Shown: positions 45,281-57,825 of the stretch, piece after piece | Layout of the letters: each line of letters starts with the position of its first letter | How positions within the stretch are numbered: the first letter of the stretch is position 1 | From: Schizosaccharomyces osmophilus | Lineage: Eukaryota | DNA: 64,000 nucleotides | Assembly (NCBI RefSeq): GCF_027921745.1 | Contig: NC_079239.1 | Location: 1,240,001-1,304,000 of the forward strand | Direction: 5' to 3' | Notes under the pieces: generated by a model | Seen by the model: the letters and a program-made list of their open reading frames with translations, nothing else | Database searches by the model: none | What the model was told of the DNA's origin: nothing | Made by a program: the position numbers and the translations under genes

Positions 45281-47458
45281 ATGGCTCCGTCTTCGAAAGG
45301 ACTTAATGGCAAGTTAGAAAAGCCGAAAAGTGCTTTACAAGGTACGTTTAGATCTGTTTTCTTTGTCAAATCACTGACCGTCAGCAATTGTATTGTCGGA
45401 TTCTTACAACTATCGGTTTCGTCCTTTAACATTGGATAAGCCAAGAGTAAGTGAAAGTACAACATAATTAGTAGCTTACATGTTTAGTGTCTTCTTCCTT
45501 TGGCAAATACCCCATTAATTGAATACACGTTTGAGTTTTTAGCCCTGGCCGGTGTACAAGAAGTTTATGTTTTTTGTTGCGCTCACGCCGATCAGATTCG
45601 TACTTATATTGAGTATGTACTTGTCTGTGGATAATGTTTTTGCTAACAATTTAGAAATTCCAAGTGGAACTTGGCTTCCTCTCCGTTTAGCGTTCACACG
45701 ATTGTCTCTCGGGAATCCCTCTCAGTCGGTGATGCTCTTCGAGAGTTAGACTCCAAACAATTAATTACTTCTGACTTCATCCTGGTTTCGGGTGATGTAG
45801 TTTCCAATGTGCCTCTAAAAGAAGTTTTGGAAGAGCATCGAGCAAGAAGGGAAGTAGACAAAAATGCAATTATGACAATGGTTGTTCGTGAAGCTAGTCC
45901 CCACCATCGTACTAGAGCAAGTACAGAAAGTTCTGTTTTTGTTATTGATAAGAAGACAAGTCAATGTGTGCACTACCAAGCTAATGAGCGTGGAAAACAT
46001 TATGTATCAATGGACCCGGAGATTTTTAACGAGCATGAAGAGCTTGAAATTCGAAATGATTTAATTGACTGTCAGATTGACATTTGTTCCAACGACGTTC
46101 CTGCTCTTTTCACGGAAAATTTTGATTACCAAGACATTCGAAAAGATTTTGTTTATGGCGTTTTGACTTCTGATTTGCTCGGTAAAAGTATTCATTGTCA
46201 TGTTGCCAAAGAAAATTATGCTGCTCGTGTTCGCAGTTTACAAACTTACGATGCTATAAGTAAAGACGTTATTTCTCGATGGGTGTATCCCTTTGTTCCT
46301 GACAGCAATCTATTAAATCAAAGTTTTACATATCAACGGTATCAAATCTATAAAGAGGATGATGTTGTTTTGGCCCGCTCTTGTGAAATTAAAGCTTGTA
46401 CACTCATTGGCGCCTTTACCAAGGTTGGTGATGCGTCAATCGTTGCTAATACAGTGATCGGAAGAAACTGCATAATTGGAAACAATTGTAACATTGATGG
46501 CGCTTTCCTTTGGGAAAATGTTAAGATTGGCGATGAGTGCAAAATTGGAAAAGCTATTATTGCAAATGATGCACAGATTGGTCATAAATGTACTATAGAA
46601 GATGGAGCTATTATTTCTTCCGGAGTTATCATTGGTGACAATGTCAATGTTACTGAAAACTTGCGTTTAACACCTCATGAAAGCCACTCGCAGGGAATAC
46701 CTAATGACCCTGCTTTGGTAGGAGATCGCGGTTTGGGTCAAGAATATCATGCTGAAGCCGAATCCGAAGACGAAGAGGAGCTTATGGAGGCTTCTGGTCT
46801 CATACATCGCGTTGAAGATCTTAATCTCTCTGACTCCGAAATCTCAGAACTTTCCTCTTCCTCCGAGGAAGATATGGATTTCGTTCCTTTTTCTGCCAGA
46901 CGTGATTCGGCGAATACCATAAACTCTGATGATTTTGATGAGGGCGACTTCAATAAAGAAGCTCAGCAAAGTATCGAGCGTGCCTTTGAAGAAAACCATT
47001 CTATTGAAATTGCCGCACTAGAATTGAATACACTTAGAATGGCTATGAATGCCAATTACCATGAAGTTCGTTCAGCTATTATTCTTGCGATCCTGAAACG
47101 TATTTCCTTTGTTGATGCACCTCCTAAGGAAGCTATTTCTAAGGTTATGGCTCGCTGGGGTCCTCTACTTTTGAAACTTACGTTTAACCATGATGAACAA
47201 GTTGATAATCTTTTCACTCTTCAAAAGTATTGTATTCGTTTGACCATGGAAAAACAATTTTTGCAATTGTTGGGTTTTCTCTATCAACTTGAAATTGCGG
47301 AAGACGACGCTGTCTTGGACTGGTATAATGATTCACGATCAGCCGAAGGTGACATTGCAGTTTTGAGAAACACCTACGGCAAACAATTTGTCGACTGGCT
47401 CAATACCGCTGAGAGTGAAAGTGAAGAGGAGGAAGACGATGAAGAAGATGATGAATAA
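45281..47458 (+). CDS. tif225: eIF2B epsilon subunit
   Basis: [10 protein letters not shown] and [14 protein letters not shown] after splicing, hexapeptide repeats, W2 domain with acidic tail; three 5' introns. Confidence 0.95.
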
Positions 47459-47890
47459 CCTATACGTATTTTGGAAAAAATCACACTTTGACGTTACTTA
47501 AAAAAAGGGTTATGGTTTTGTTATAAAAGAATCAAGTTGGAGTATATGGAATTTGGGAGTGAAATATCAGTTTAGATTGGCATGAATACACAAATAATAG
47601 CAGATTTATATTGTATATTTAGTTTTACATGCACAATAAATACTAGGAATGCAAAAACATACTGAAATATCAAAAATTGATACATATACCAATAGAATAA
47701 TTGTATTAAACCCGTAATTTTTTGGCTTTTTTTTTTTTTTTAAAGAAAAACATAAAGAATTCTGACCATATTCAGCAAAATAAACTTATACTACAAGTCA
47801 TAACCAGACAAGATTACCGTAAAAAATTAATGAAGCAAAAGACCTGTCGTACATATTAATATATGTATATATACCTACGGCACCCATTGA

Positions 47891-50344
47891 TTATTGAGGG
47901 GGATGGATGTCGGATTGAACAGGATCTTGCAAGACTCTAGCCGGAAACATCGGTGTATCGGTCTCTAAATAAAATGACACAGGCTGCTTATTGTCTTTCA
48001 AATCGTCCCCTGGGGATCCAGACGATAAACTGACAGTAGAATTATGTTGTAGCATATTCACTAATTGCTTTTTCAAAATCTGCAGTAATGATGACTTGGT
48101 GAAAGGTTTCACTAAAAGATCAGTAACGCCATGATTAAAGTAATTGACAGCATCGTCCATGGATATATTAGACGTAATAGCCACTATTGGAGTGTTTTGA
48201 TCATATTGGCGGATAAGGCACGTAACGGAAAGCCCATCCAGTTGAGGAAGTATAAAGTCCATCAAAATTAAATCGTAACCACCGCTATTTGCTTTATTTA
48301 CAGCGTTAATACCATCAACAGCAACCTCTATTTGGCAATCAAAGAGAGTTAAGAAATTAATAGTCATTCTCCTTGAAACTTCGTCGTCCTCAACCAAAAG
48401 GATACGAGGTTGCCTTTGCCATATACTTCCGTTCATAGACATATTAGATGCCATAAAAGAATAGGAATCCGCTACGGGATTCGACTTGGCTAAAGACTCG
48501 GCCGATAGTTGGGAATACGATTTAGACAAGGCTGAATTTTGTTCTAGATGAGGGCTGAAGGTTGGTTCTGCAGGTTGAGGGATAGGAGGGTATTTTTCAT
48601 AGACTGGGAAGGCAGAATGATGTGGCAAGCTTGGCGGTCCATTCGTGGGCATGGGTGTATTTATGGAGGTAGCAGAAGTCATTTCATTCGCCTGCTTCTC
48701 CTGGCCAGCCAAGTCGTAATCCGAAGAAGGTGTTGCATACATTGATCTATGGGTGCCTTGACCGGCAAGGGTAGAATCCATGGCAACCTTCGAAGCAGAG
48801 GACGGTGTTTGTACTGGTTGAGATGTAGGAATATGAGGCATAGACGGGACAGGAGTGATATTTTGGCCCTTTGTGATAGATTGGAAGCCATCAATTAGTT
48901 TTTGAAGCGAATGAGAAGGAACAAACATGGAATTAGAGGAAGTTTGTCGTTGATTAGTATTTTCTAAATCGCATAAATAAGATATAAGGCTACCAATGAG
49001 AAAATCTCTTGATTCGATCCCTCGTTTTAGCTCAAACATCTTTAAAAGAATAGTTTGGTAGCTGTTTGTGAGACCAGCGAGATTTGTATCCAAAGATTTC
49101 TGAAAATCATGGATACCGTCGACACGCTGTCGAAAGTTTTCGATGGCTGGAGTAGCAGCGTCACCCGCCAAATTTCGCTTGGAAGGAGCTTTACGCTGTA
49201 GAAGGAATCAGCAAATGTTCAACTAGATGAGCTAGAAAAGCATACCTTTATATTATCGAGGAGATCTTTATGATGCAGTTGAAAATCGTCATGGCGAAAT
49301 TCCCAAGCCTGAAACTATGTGAGTTTGAAATGTAGTAGAAAAGACTGAATGACTTACACCTTCACCATATATGGAAGGAGCACCGTCCTCATTGCGCACT
49401 TTGTGAAAGTCATATCTAGTTTATGGGTTAACAACGAGCCAAGGAAGGATACTTGGACAAAGACATACTTGTTTAACTGCCGGACAAAACTAGCAAAGTT
49501 GCTGTGCTTAAAATGTCGAGGTAATATCGTCTTTGTAAACTCGTTTGTCTAGACAATCGCATTAGTACTGCTCACATGCAAACAGGGAAAAAGAGATAAG
49601 CCTATCGCTAGACAAGAAGAAGAGAAAGAGAACGGAACAAGCAGGTAGTAAAATAAAAGAAAGAAAAAGGGGACCACAAATGCTTCATCTATCCTTTGAG
49701 TGCGATAAAAAGGAGGAAAAAAAAGATACCGTGGGAGTTGTATGGAATATTCCCCTTTTTTCTTTTTTTTTTTTTTTTTTTTTGAAAATCTCAATAGAAA
49801 ACCTGACGACAAAGGATTGCACAACGTTTTGCAGGATAATTCTCTAATCAAAAGACACGAAAAGCTCACTGCTGGCTTACTTGCAAGAATGAGGAATGAC
49901 ATTAAAATTGCTTTTCTAAACTTCTGCGTAAAAAATGCCTTCAAATCAAAAATAACAAGTGAACGTCCATAGGGAATTTGACAGAATAATAGCATCTGCA
50001 AATTGAATAGAATTGTTTTATTTCAAAAAGAAAAGCGATTTTTGTAATAAAACAACCCGATTCATGAGTCTCATGTTTTACCAAATTTCCTTTCCCCTCT
50101 TTAGCGCTTTTCGAGGATTTCAGAATTCTCTTTTTCTTTCTTTCTTTCACTGGCAAATCCGTTAGAAAAAGCTTACATCCAACACAATAAAAGAATCTCC
50201 TGTATCACTCCAACGCAAAATATGCCGGTACTCAGGTTCTTCCAACATGTTGAAGAGTTTTCGCACCTGCAGACTTTGTTAATATCATGTACAAAATCCG
50301 CGTCATCGTCGTACAAAGTCGGAGGACCCGCTCGAAGACGGCAT
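47891..50344 (-). CDS. prr1: Skn7-type HSF-domain/response-regulator transcription factor Prr1 (6 exons)
   Basis: Spliced HSF domain (MPSSSGSSDF|VRKLFNMLEE...FKHSNFASFVRQLNKYDFHKV) and receiver domain ILLVEDD..ILMD..KPF. Introns include 50267-50314 and 49549-50176. Confidence 0.94.
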
Positions 50345-50640
50345 CTTCTCTGTGTTTAAGTGACCAAAAGGTCGAATCTCTGCGACGTTTGATATTATTG
50401 TTTCGCAACAATGGTGTTGGTTCCTGGTAAAGTCAATGCGAAGGGGTAAACCACCTTGTAACTCACCACTATGTGTAACTCATTGTTCTTTCGAATTTTC
50501 GCCTCATAGTTGGAAGGATTGTGCAGCGTAGCGATAGGTTCGGAAATGGTTTGTGGAGCGTTATATGGGAAAAGGAGGAAAAAGGAGGAACAGGGCGAAA
50601 GAGTGAGAAACTGTAAGAGGGATAGGCACAGAGACGCACT

Positions 50641-50664
50641 GACACAGACACAGACACAGACACA
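50641..50664. repeat. (GACACA)4 microsatellite with degenerate flanks, upstream of prr1
   Basis: gacacagacacagacacagacaca, read directly. Confidence 0.85.
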
Positions 50665-50948
50665 CGGACACACATAGAGGGAGAAGGAGAAGGAGAACCA
50701 GGAAATGAATTGAAGCAACATTAATGAGCCGTTTCAAAAGAACGAGAGATGCCAAGTGTGAAATACTTCTATCGTTAATGGTCACTCTAAGGATAGGAAT
50801 CCTATGGAATTTGCTGACAAGACTAAGACCCTTGTTCTACCAAGCAATCGCTTCTTTTTCTTTCTCTCTTTCCCTTACAAAAAGCTAATGCAATTCTTCT
50901 GTTGTCCATGCTGCTGTCTTTTAACAATCTCTGGTTTGTTTACATGTT

Positions 50949-51085
50949 TTATCTGATGCCTGTGACTACTTGCTCTACCCAACGAGAGCCAAGCGATCCT
51001 CATTTTGACCAATCATTGACTTGTAATATATCAGATAAAATTTTCAGTGCAGATGATGTCAGGATTTTTTTGCTTCATCAGATAA
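50949..51085. promoter_or_regulatory. Cluster of three extended GATA sites (Fep1 consensus ATCWGATAA) plus a CCAAT box
   Basis: TTATCTGAT at 50949-50957, ATCAGATAA at 51030-51038 and 51077-51085, CCAATCA at 51009-51015. Confidence 0.75.
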
Positions 51086-51920
51086 AATTTTCGAGGTTTC
51101 AAAGGCATGAGGAGAGGCTCTTTGGAAATTTCTTTTGATATCCATGGTCTCCCAGGAATGTATTTTTACATTTCTTTTTTTAGGAATCTAGTTGTCTTGT
51201 TTGAGCTTTCCTCGTACTGTATTTTCTAGACTCTGCCTGAATCCCGAGATGATCTTCCTTTCTGACTTGGTCGTTTCATTCGTCAATAGGATTGGGTCCT
51301 TGACTTGCAGATCCACCCGTCAAGATCACTGCTACCAACTTTTTTCTTCTTCCATTATATCCTTTCCAACTTGAATTTTCTTTCCATAGACTTATTTTCG
51401 AGTTTTGAGCCTTTATTTTTGCATTTTATCGACTGGATGGAAGCAACGTTTTCATAAGCGAAATTTTGTTTTTATAGTAGAAACGACTTTTCCAAAAAAA
51501 ATAACTTAGACTTTCCCATTTCTTGCCGCTTGGCTCCTTTGGTGATATCTTCAGTATAACCGTCCAAGGTTCTTTCTGTTGCTTACCTCAGCACACTTGC
51601 ACGATTGTCGGGTCTACAAATTCCTTGAGTTGCAGATCCATATATTCCAAAAACTCTTTAATTCTCCTTTTTTTTGGCACTACAGGTTTATTTTTTGTAC
51701 TGGACTTGATTGAACTCGGGTTTAGTTTTTACTTTTTAATTTGGGAATCATTCCATTCGACTTTTTCTTGGTTCAATTTGTAAATTCTTAGTTTCTTCTT
51801 TCTTTGAGTTTCCTTTCACTTCTTTATTTTATTTTCTTCCTAACGAATTGCGACCTTTTATTTTATTATTATTATTATTTTTTTCCGTCTTTTTCTCTTT
51901 TTTGATTCATCATCCTCACC

Positions 51921-52832
51921 ATGACTTATCCCGCCGAAGACTTTGATTACGAAGGCCTTCCCGAAAACTCCCCAATGTATGCCCATTTGCTTGCGGGCGC
52001 CTTCTCCGGTATCCTTGAACACTCCGTCATGTATCCCGTAGACGCCATTAAAACACGCATGCAAATGCTCAACGGCGTTTCTCGCAGTGCAACCGGAAAC
52101 GTCGTGGCTTCTGCTTACAAGATTGGTTCCACCGAGGGCGTTTTTTCTTTATGGAGAGGTATCAGCAGTGTCATAATGGGCGCTGGTCCTTCTCATGCCA
52201 TTTATTTCTCTGTACTCGAAATGTTCAAGTCTAAATTTAACGCTTCTTCTGATCGGCCGCTTATCACGGCCTTAGCCGGTGCTTGTGCTATTACCATTAG
52301 TGATGCCTTTATGACCCCTTTCGATGTGATCAAGCAACGAATGCAACTCCCCACTACCAACTACAAATCTCCCATTCAATGCGCTTCAACACTTTTCCGT
52401 CGTGAAGGCGTGTCGGCCTTTTACATTTCTTATCCTACCTCCATCGCCATGTCCATACCTTACACCGCTATCCAAGTTGGTTCCTACGACGTCGCCATGA
52501 GCTTTTGCAACCCCAGCGGCATTTACAATCCAGTTTCTCACATCATTTCCGGTGCTCTAAGTGGTGCTATCGCTGCAAGCCTGACCACTCCCCTTGACGT
52601 CGTCAAGACCCTCTTACAAACCCGCGGCTCTTCTACCATTCAACAGGTGAAAGATTGTAGAGGTTCCCTCAACGCCATCCGAGTCATATATAATTTCGGT
52701 GGTCTCTCTGCTTTCGTCAAAGGTATCAAGCCCCGTGTTATCGTTTCCATGCCAGCTACCGCCGTCTCCTGGGCGGCTTACGAAGCTGGAAAAGAAATTC
52801 TTTCTCAAGTATCCAATCCCCCCGAAGTCTAA
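51921..52832 (+). CDS. mrs3: Mitochondrial iron carrier (mitoferrin, Mrs3/4 family)
   Basis: Three PxDxxK carrier signatures; DYEGLP, EHSVMYPVD and GAGPSHAIYF mitoferrin motifs. Confidence 0.93.
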   Translation: MTYPAEDFDYEGLPENSPMYAHLLAGAFSGILEHSVMYPVDAIKTRMQMLNGVSRSATGNVVASAYKIGSTEGVFSLWRGISSVIMGAGPSHAIYFSVLEMFKSKFNASSDRPLITALAGACAITISDAFMTPFDVIKQRMQLPTTNYKSPIQCASTLFRREGVSAFYISYPTSIAMSIPYTAIQVGSYDVAMSFCNPSGIYNPVSHIISGALSGAIAASLTTPLDVVKTLLQTRGSSTIQQVKDCRGSLNAIRVIYNFGGLSAFVKGIKPRVIVSMPATAVSWAAYEAGKEILSQVSNPPEV

Positions 52833-54464
52833 TTTGTTTTAATTTATCTTTTCGTCTGCCCTTGTTTCTTAAAAACACCCGACAAGATGGCTCTTCTTTT
52901 CCTTCCGCTCTTTAAAAGGTTTGAATTCATAGCTTTTTATTTCCTGAGCTTTTTTGTATATGTATAGATATATCTATAGAGCTAATTCTTGGATTACTGC
53001 ATCGGGCCCTCTGAGGAAAGGGTTTCATCCGCTGCTACATTACTGTGTGCTTTTTTTTTCCTTTTTTTTTTTTTTTCTTGTACTAAAAATGGGTTCTTGT
53101 TGTTAGGTAATATGAGTGTTCAATAAAAAACTACATTCTTATTTATTAGAAGGTCCAAATTCTTTCTTTCTCTATGACATAGACATAAGTCATTAGGTTT
53201 CCATTTAAAGAAAAGCATAATCTTTCTCTAGTTGATTTTGTCCTTTTGAGTCTGTAAATACATGTGCGTAAACTCAAGGAATACATCTCTCATATAGGCA
53301 TGTAAAACACCCTTGTTCCCTTACATTATTATTCATACACATATAACTAAGCAAAAGCTAAACTTTGACTCTTCTTTTCGCGTTTAAAGGGCGCTGAAAG
53401 AAGGAGCAATGGACAAAGTAGGCGATTTCCTTCTAACTAATAAACTGAAGATGACACTGAAAGAGATATAACCAATTAGATGGAAAAACTAAAAGAATTA
53501 ATATAGCACATTCAAACTTGATCTGAAAAACCCGTACAGCAGTTCTGGAGTATGAGCGTTCCTCCTTCTCTGTTCGGAAGGAAGCAAAAATTCTTCGAAG
53601 GTTCTTTTCCTGGTTAGTAAAAACAAACAACTTACTATACATACAGGAAGCATCATCCAAAAAAAAGTGCAGTTACGACTCTAACCAAATAATTCTCTGA
53701 AGATTATCCTAAATCTCTATGATATAGTAATATACTATGGCAATGATTACTTATGAGCACACTCCAACATGGCGATGCACTCTGTACTATAATACTTTTT
53801 CGAAAACGACATAGTAATGATTGTGTTGAAAGATCAAATATAAGAAGCAGAATCTGTGGCTTATTTTCTATTAGAATGAATAAACAAAACACTTGGATAT
53901 GATTGCTATCTAATGGCGAATTAAAGGTTCAAGTATCCAAGATCAAAAAGCAAATATATAAATTAGAAAGTAATCTAGTTGCTTTTGGAATGACCAGTCT
54001 GAGTCAATGGTAGAGCGAACAGCTTAGTAGAACATACATGTTGATGGTACCAAAACAGCCTTTGTCAAACTGGATCTTCTCCTAACATAAGGATGTGTCT
54101 TGCTATCCCAAGTCCCTCATTGTACAAAATGTGTTGATCGTTACTTATTCTACATACAAGCAAACACTGACAAAGGACTGTATCCTTACATGAAAAAAAA
54201 TTAAAGCAGTTTTTTCTTCACAGATGTGCTTTCGGTAGAACGCTGGCATGTTGTATCAATAGCAAAAGGCACATTACTTGATACGTATAAACAAGCAAAG
54301 AAGGGAAAGAGTGATATTCCAGTTGGTAAAAAACCGTCTGAGTATTACGAGTCACCAGCATTTAATACGATTTACGATTAGGTCAGCGATCGAAATCAAT
54401 GCAAAGAAAAGCAAGCTTATTTGGTGACTCATAAACCAAGAAACTTCTTACAGTTGTATTTTTT

Positions 54465-54898
54465 TTATTTGTTTTTTATCGTTTCCCATTGTGCTGGAGT
54501 GTAGCATTTCTAGTAGCGATTAGTATACCAGACTCTTTATAACAAACAAGGATTCCCAGTCAGAAATAAACCAAATATAAAAGAAAGAAAATCAGGCTTT
54601 TGTCATTTCCTGATAGTCTTTCGGGAAATCCATTTGGCATACCTGCGTAAACGCATGAACCTGTTTCACAACTTCATCGAGCTCATGGTTGACAAACCGG
54701 TGACGAGCAAGAGTTGATTTTCCGTCAAATAAAGGAGAAACAATGGTTACTACAAAGTTTTGACCGCATCCTCCAGATAAATCTTGGATTTCCTAAAACA
54801 TTTGTTAATTTATGCTTATCCATACGAGATAGACTTACAACGTGAATAGGTTGTAGCTTAGATTGAATTAAAAGTTCTAACTGTTGTGCATTTACCAT
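54465..54898 (-). CDS. fra2: BolA-family protein Fra2
   Basis: Three exons give [35 protein letters not shown]...[14 protein letters not shown]. Confidence 0.92.
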
Positions 54899-55003
54899 TC
54901 TCGAAGTCTTGGTATGTTTGGGATAATCAGGTGGTGAATAGCAGATTTCAGGTTTGCCAGCTACCAACTGAAAGTTTACGATTAAATTTTCAGTTTAAGC
55001 ACA

Positions 55004-55553
55004 ATGATGGAAATTGAGGTAAGAATTTGTTTCAAAATACAAAACTAACTATTTTGTAGGATCGTATTCAGAGTTGGAACGATAGATTTGAAGAATTGCT
55101 GAGCTTTATACCTGCAAAACTATATTATCCAGCAGAGACGGCGGTATGCGCTATGAAACGAGAGTTTTTATTGAAAGATTGCTAATATTCTTTTAGAACC
55201 AATGGAAGCAAAAAAAGTCATCTTCAGAAGAAAAAAGGGAACGTCGCAAAATGAAGTTCTCTTTGGATGGTTTGAATGACGAAGAACAATCCCAAAACGA
55301 AGGAAATAGACCACCAAATTGGAGTACTGAGAAAACTGAAGGGGAAGACAATGAAGAATCTGGTCGCCGTGCAGAAAGTATGTCGCATATCCGTGGAAAA
55401 TTAGCTTCCAGAATACAGGACATGCGAGAGAAACGCAAAGCTAGTAATTTGGACCAAAAAAAACAAAATAAAAAGGTTTCCACCGAAGAGAAAAAGGCTG
55501 CTTCGAATAAAAAATCACCAAAGAAGCAACCTCCGTCTCGTGCTGGTTTTTAA
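55004..55553 (+). CDS. rrp14: Ribosome biogenesis factor Rrp14, N-terminal domain only
   Basis: Three exons; FEELLSFIPAKLYY Rrp14-N motif and KLASRIQDMREKRKA; stops after about 150 aa. Confidence 0.85.
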
Positions 55554-56541
55554 ACAAAGCTAGTTGTATCGGCGAGCATTTGTTATGGGTAATAAAGGAT
55601 ATCAGGATGTTGTTTACATTATTTTTGGATTTTCATGTTGGATATGGCTTCCATTTTGACAAAAAGCTGACATTGCTATCCGATTGAGCGGCTATCCAAT
55701 TCGGCGTTTATTTGTTCATATGGATAGGAAAATAAAATTTGGTTGAACGGTTCTTGTTATTAATAGCTTTTAATTTATCAGCATCGGGTTGTGAAATATG
55801 TCTAGGAGACTTTCGTATAGTTTTTCCATTCACGAGATGCTATGTCTCAGGTATTACAAGCTCACTGTATATGATCATTCTATCGATTCTTTTAATGTTA
55901 TTCGGATCCATCTACAGTAGCTGAATCCCTATTATTTCTTGTCATGATACGAAATGAGCGCTCGTTTCCTGTGCATTAATTTGTTTCTAGACATTTCTTA
56001 CTTGAAATAAAAAGTAAAAATCAACGTATTTTATAAATAAATCTACTATTACAATTTTTTAGCCTCTCCTTTTCTCATAACATACAAATAACATAATTTG
56101 AAGTAAGGCTTTTCATACCTATTTTTTTTTTATTTTATTTTATTTTATTTTCTACGACTATTCCTTTTAAGTGGATGCAAACTGTCTATCAACTAGTCCG
56201 TATTTCGTCCATGACCAACACTGCAAGTTTTCTTTGCAAGTACTACATGTCACACCCTCACACACATACCAAAAACTCAAAAATCGGATTCTTACAGTAG
56301 ACGGCAGCGGGAAGTTTTGTTAAAACATTTCTCATGGTTTGTTTTTCGTAACTTTCAACAGTTTTATTTGATATTGTATCTTGTTCCACTTCTCAACGTA
56401 TATAAACAAACTTCAACTTAGAAGGATCCCTAACTTGCAGCAAACTGTGAGCCCGAAAAGTAGCTTTACTTATTGATTTATTGGCCTTAATTTGTTCGAT
56501 CAACATTCGCAATACATTGAGGAGCGTTTGAAAAAGTTGGA

Positions 56542-57423
56542 ATGCTATGGGGGTTGTTGTACTGCTGCAACCGTTCAAAGCGTAGAGCTCATCAAGGAGG
56601 ATTGTGTCTTAAAGAAGATGAAAAACCATTTTCTTTTCCGGACACCGTTAAAGATCGATCTAGTAAAAATTCCCGTTCCAGTCTGAGCATAGAATGGACA
56701 ACAGAAGCTCTTCAACAGTTCATCTACCAGTATTCAGCTCGACGAAATTTATCCAGTGAGCAAAGCTTGTCATTGTCTTATTTCTCTCAATCCTATACAC
56801 AGCTGTTTAAGCACGTATACTACAGCGACAGCCGATCCATGACAGAGGCAGATGAAGCTCAGGCTATTGTTACGTTTACCATCGGTTCCTATTTATACAA
56901 ATGCACCAACCCAAAATCCATGTTTTGGAAACGCTTGATTGAGCATATGGAAAACATTGAGGACGATGGCACATGCACAGACCGTCAGATAGAATTTCGC
57001 AAGAAGGTTGCATCTGCGCAGATTGGTCATCCGGCTTTTCATTTCCTTCCTTTCCAAAATAAACGAAGTTTTCACTACATTTGGTCTCTTTTTGTTTCTT
57101 CATACTTCATGAATGCTGCCTCTGTCGCTCCGTCCCCTCAACAAATCGCTGCAGATGATAACGGACAACGAAAAACTAGAAGGTCTACACCGCGAGAAAT
57201 CAAAATTAGAGAAGATGTCGATGTCATAAGAGAAAAGTTCTCACAACTTCTCACTGAATGTCCCGACGAATTCTGTGAAAACTGGCTGCAGCGGATATAC
57301 ATCACATGTGTCCTTCCAAAAAATCATTATATTTATATTTTAGATGAAAGTCTTGATTTTTTAGAGTCCATTGAATCCATGAAGCAGCAGATAATTCGTC
57401 GAAAAGCTGCGGCTCTTGGTTAA
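56542..57423 (+). CDS. mug129: Schizosaccharomyces-type protein of unknown function (Mug129 positional orthologue)
   Basis: 293-aa ATG-initiated ORF; the name rests on synteny only. Confidence 0.65.
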   Translation: MLWGLLYCCNRSKRRAHQGGLCLKEDEKPFSFPDTVKDRSSKNSRSSLSIEWTTEALQQFIYQYSARRNLSSEQSLSLSYFSQSYTQLFKHVYYSDSRSMTEADEAQAIVTFTIGSYLYKCTNPKSMFWKRLIEHMENIEDDGTCTDRQIEFRKKVASAQIGHPAFHFLPFQNKRSFHYIWSLFVSSYFMNAASVAPSPQQIAADDNGQRKTRRSTPREIKIREDVDVIREKFSQLLTECPDEFCENWLQRIYITCVLPKNHYIYILDESLDFLESIESMKQQIIRRKAAALG

Positions 57424-57825
57424 AGACCCCATTTTAATTGAGCTTTTTGTGTTTCAGCTTTGCGTATTTATTTTTCTTGTCTTTACTTTCTGTTTGTTCG
57501 TTTCTTTTTCCTTTTAGAACTGGGTACTTTTTTATGAGATACTAAATTCTTTTTAGAGTATAGTGACGATTCTTTTCATGCTTAAATTTATTCATTTTTG
57601 CCTTTTTCTGGTCACTGTACGAAACCTTCATGTATAATCATTGAATGGCACACACCATTCCTTATTAGAACACTAGACACTTGTTACACATGTGAATTTT
57701 TTATAATAATACTACTCTTTAATTATGATACATATTCCTTTCAATACGGCATTTTCCATAAAACCGGCTACTGAACAAACAAGGTTACAAGAGCAATAAT
57801 ATCCATTAATACAAAAGGTAAATTT

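Noticed and set aside
49549..50785. ORF-track entries in the prr1 intron and upstream region (poly-K, poly-F, CVCVCV)
   Set aside because: Translations of homopolymer and microsatellite tracts.
52998..53035. Hammerhead ribozyme in the mrs3 3' region (CTGAGGA inside a GC-rich hairpin)
   Set aside because: No stem II followed by GAAA and no third helix; only a simple hairpin.
53995..54040. tRNA-like TGGTAGAGCG segment
   Set aside because: No T-loop/B-box or acceptor stem.
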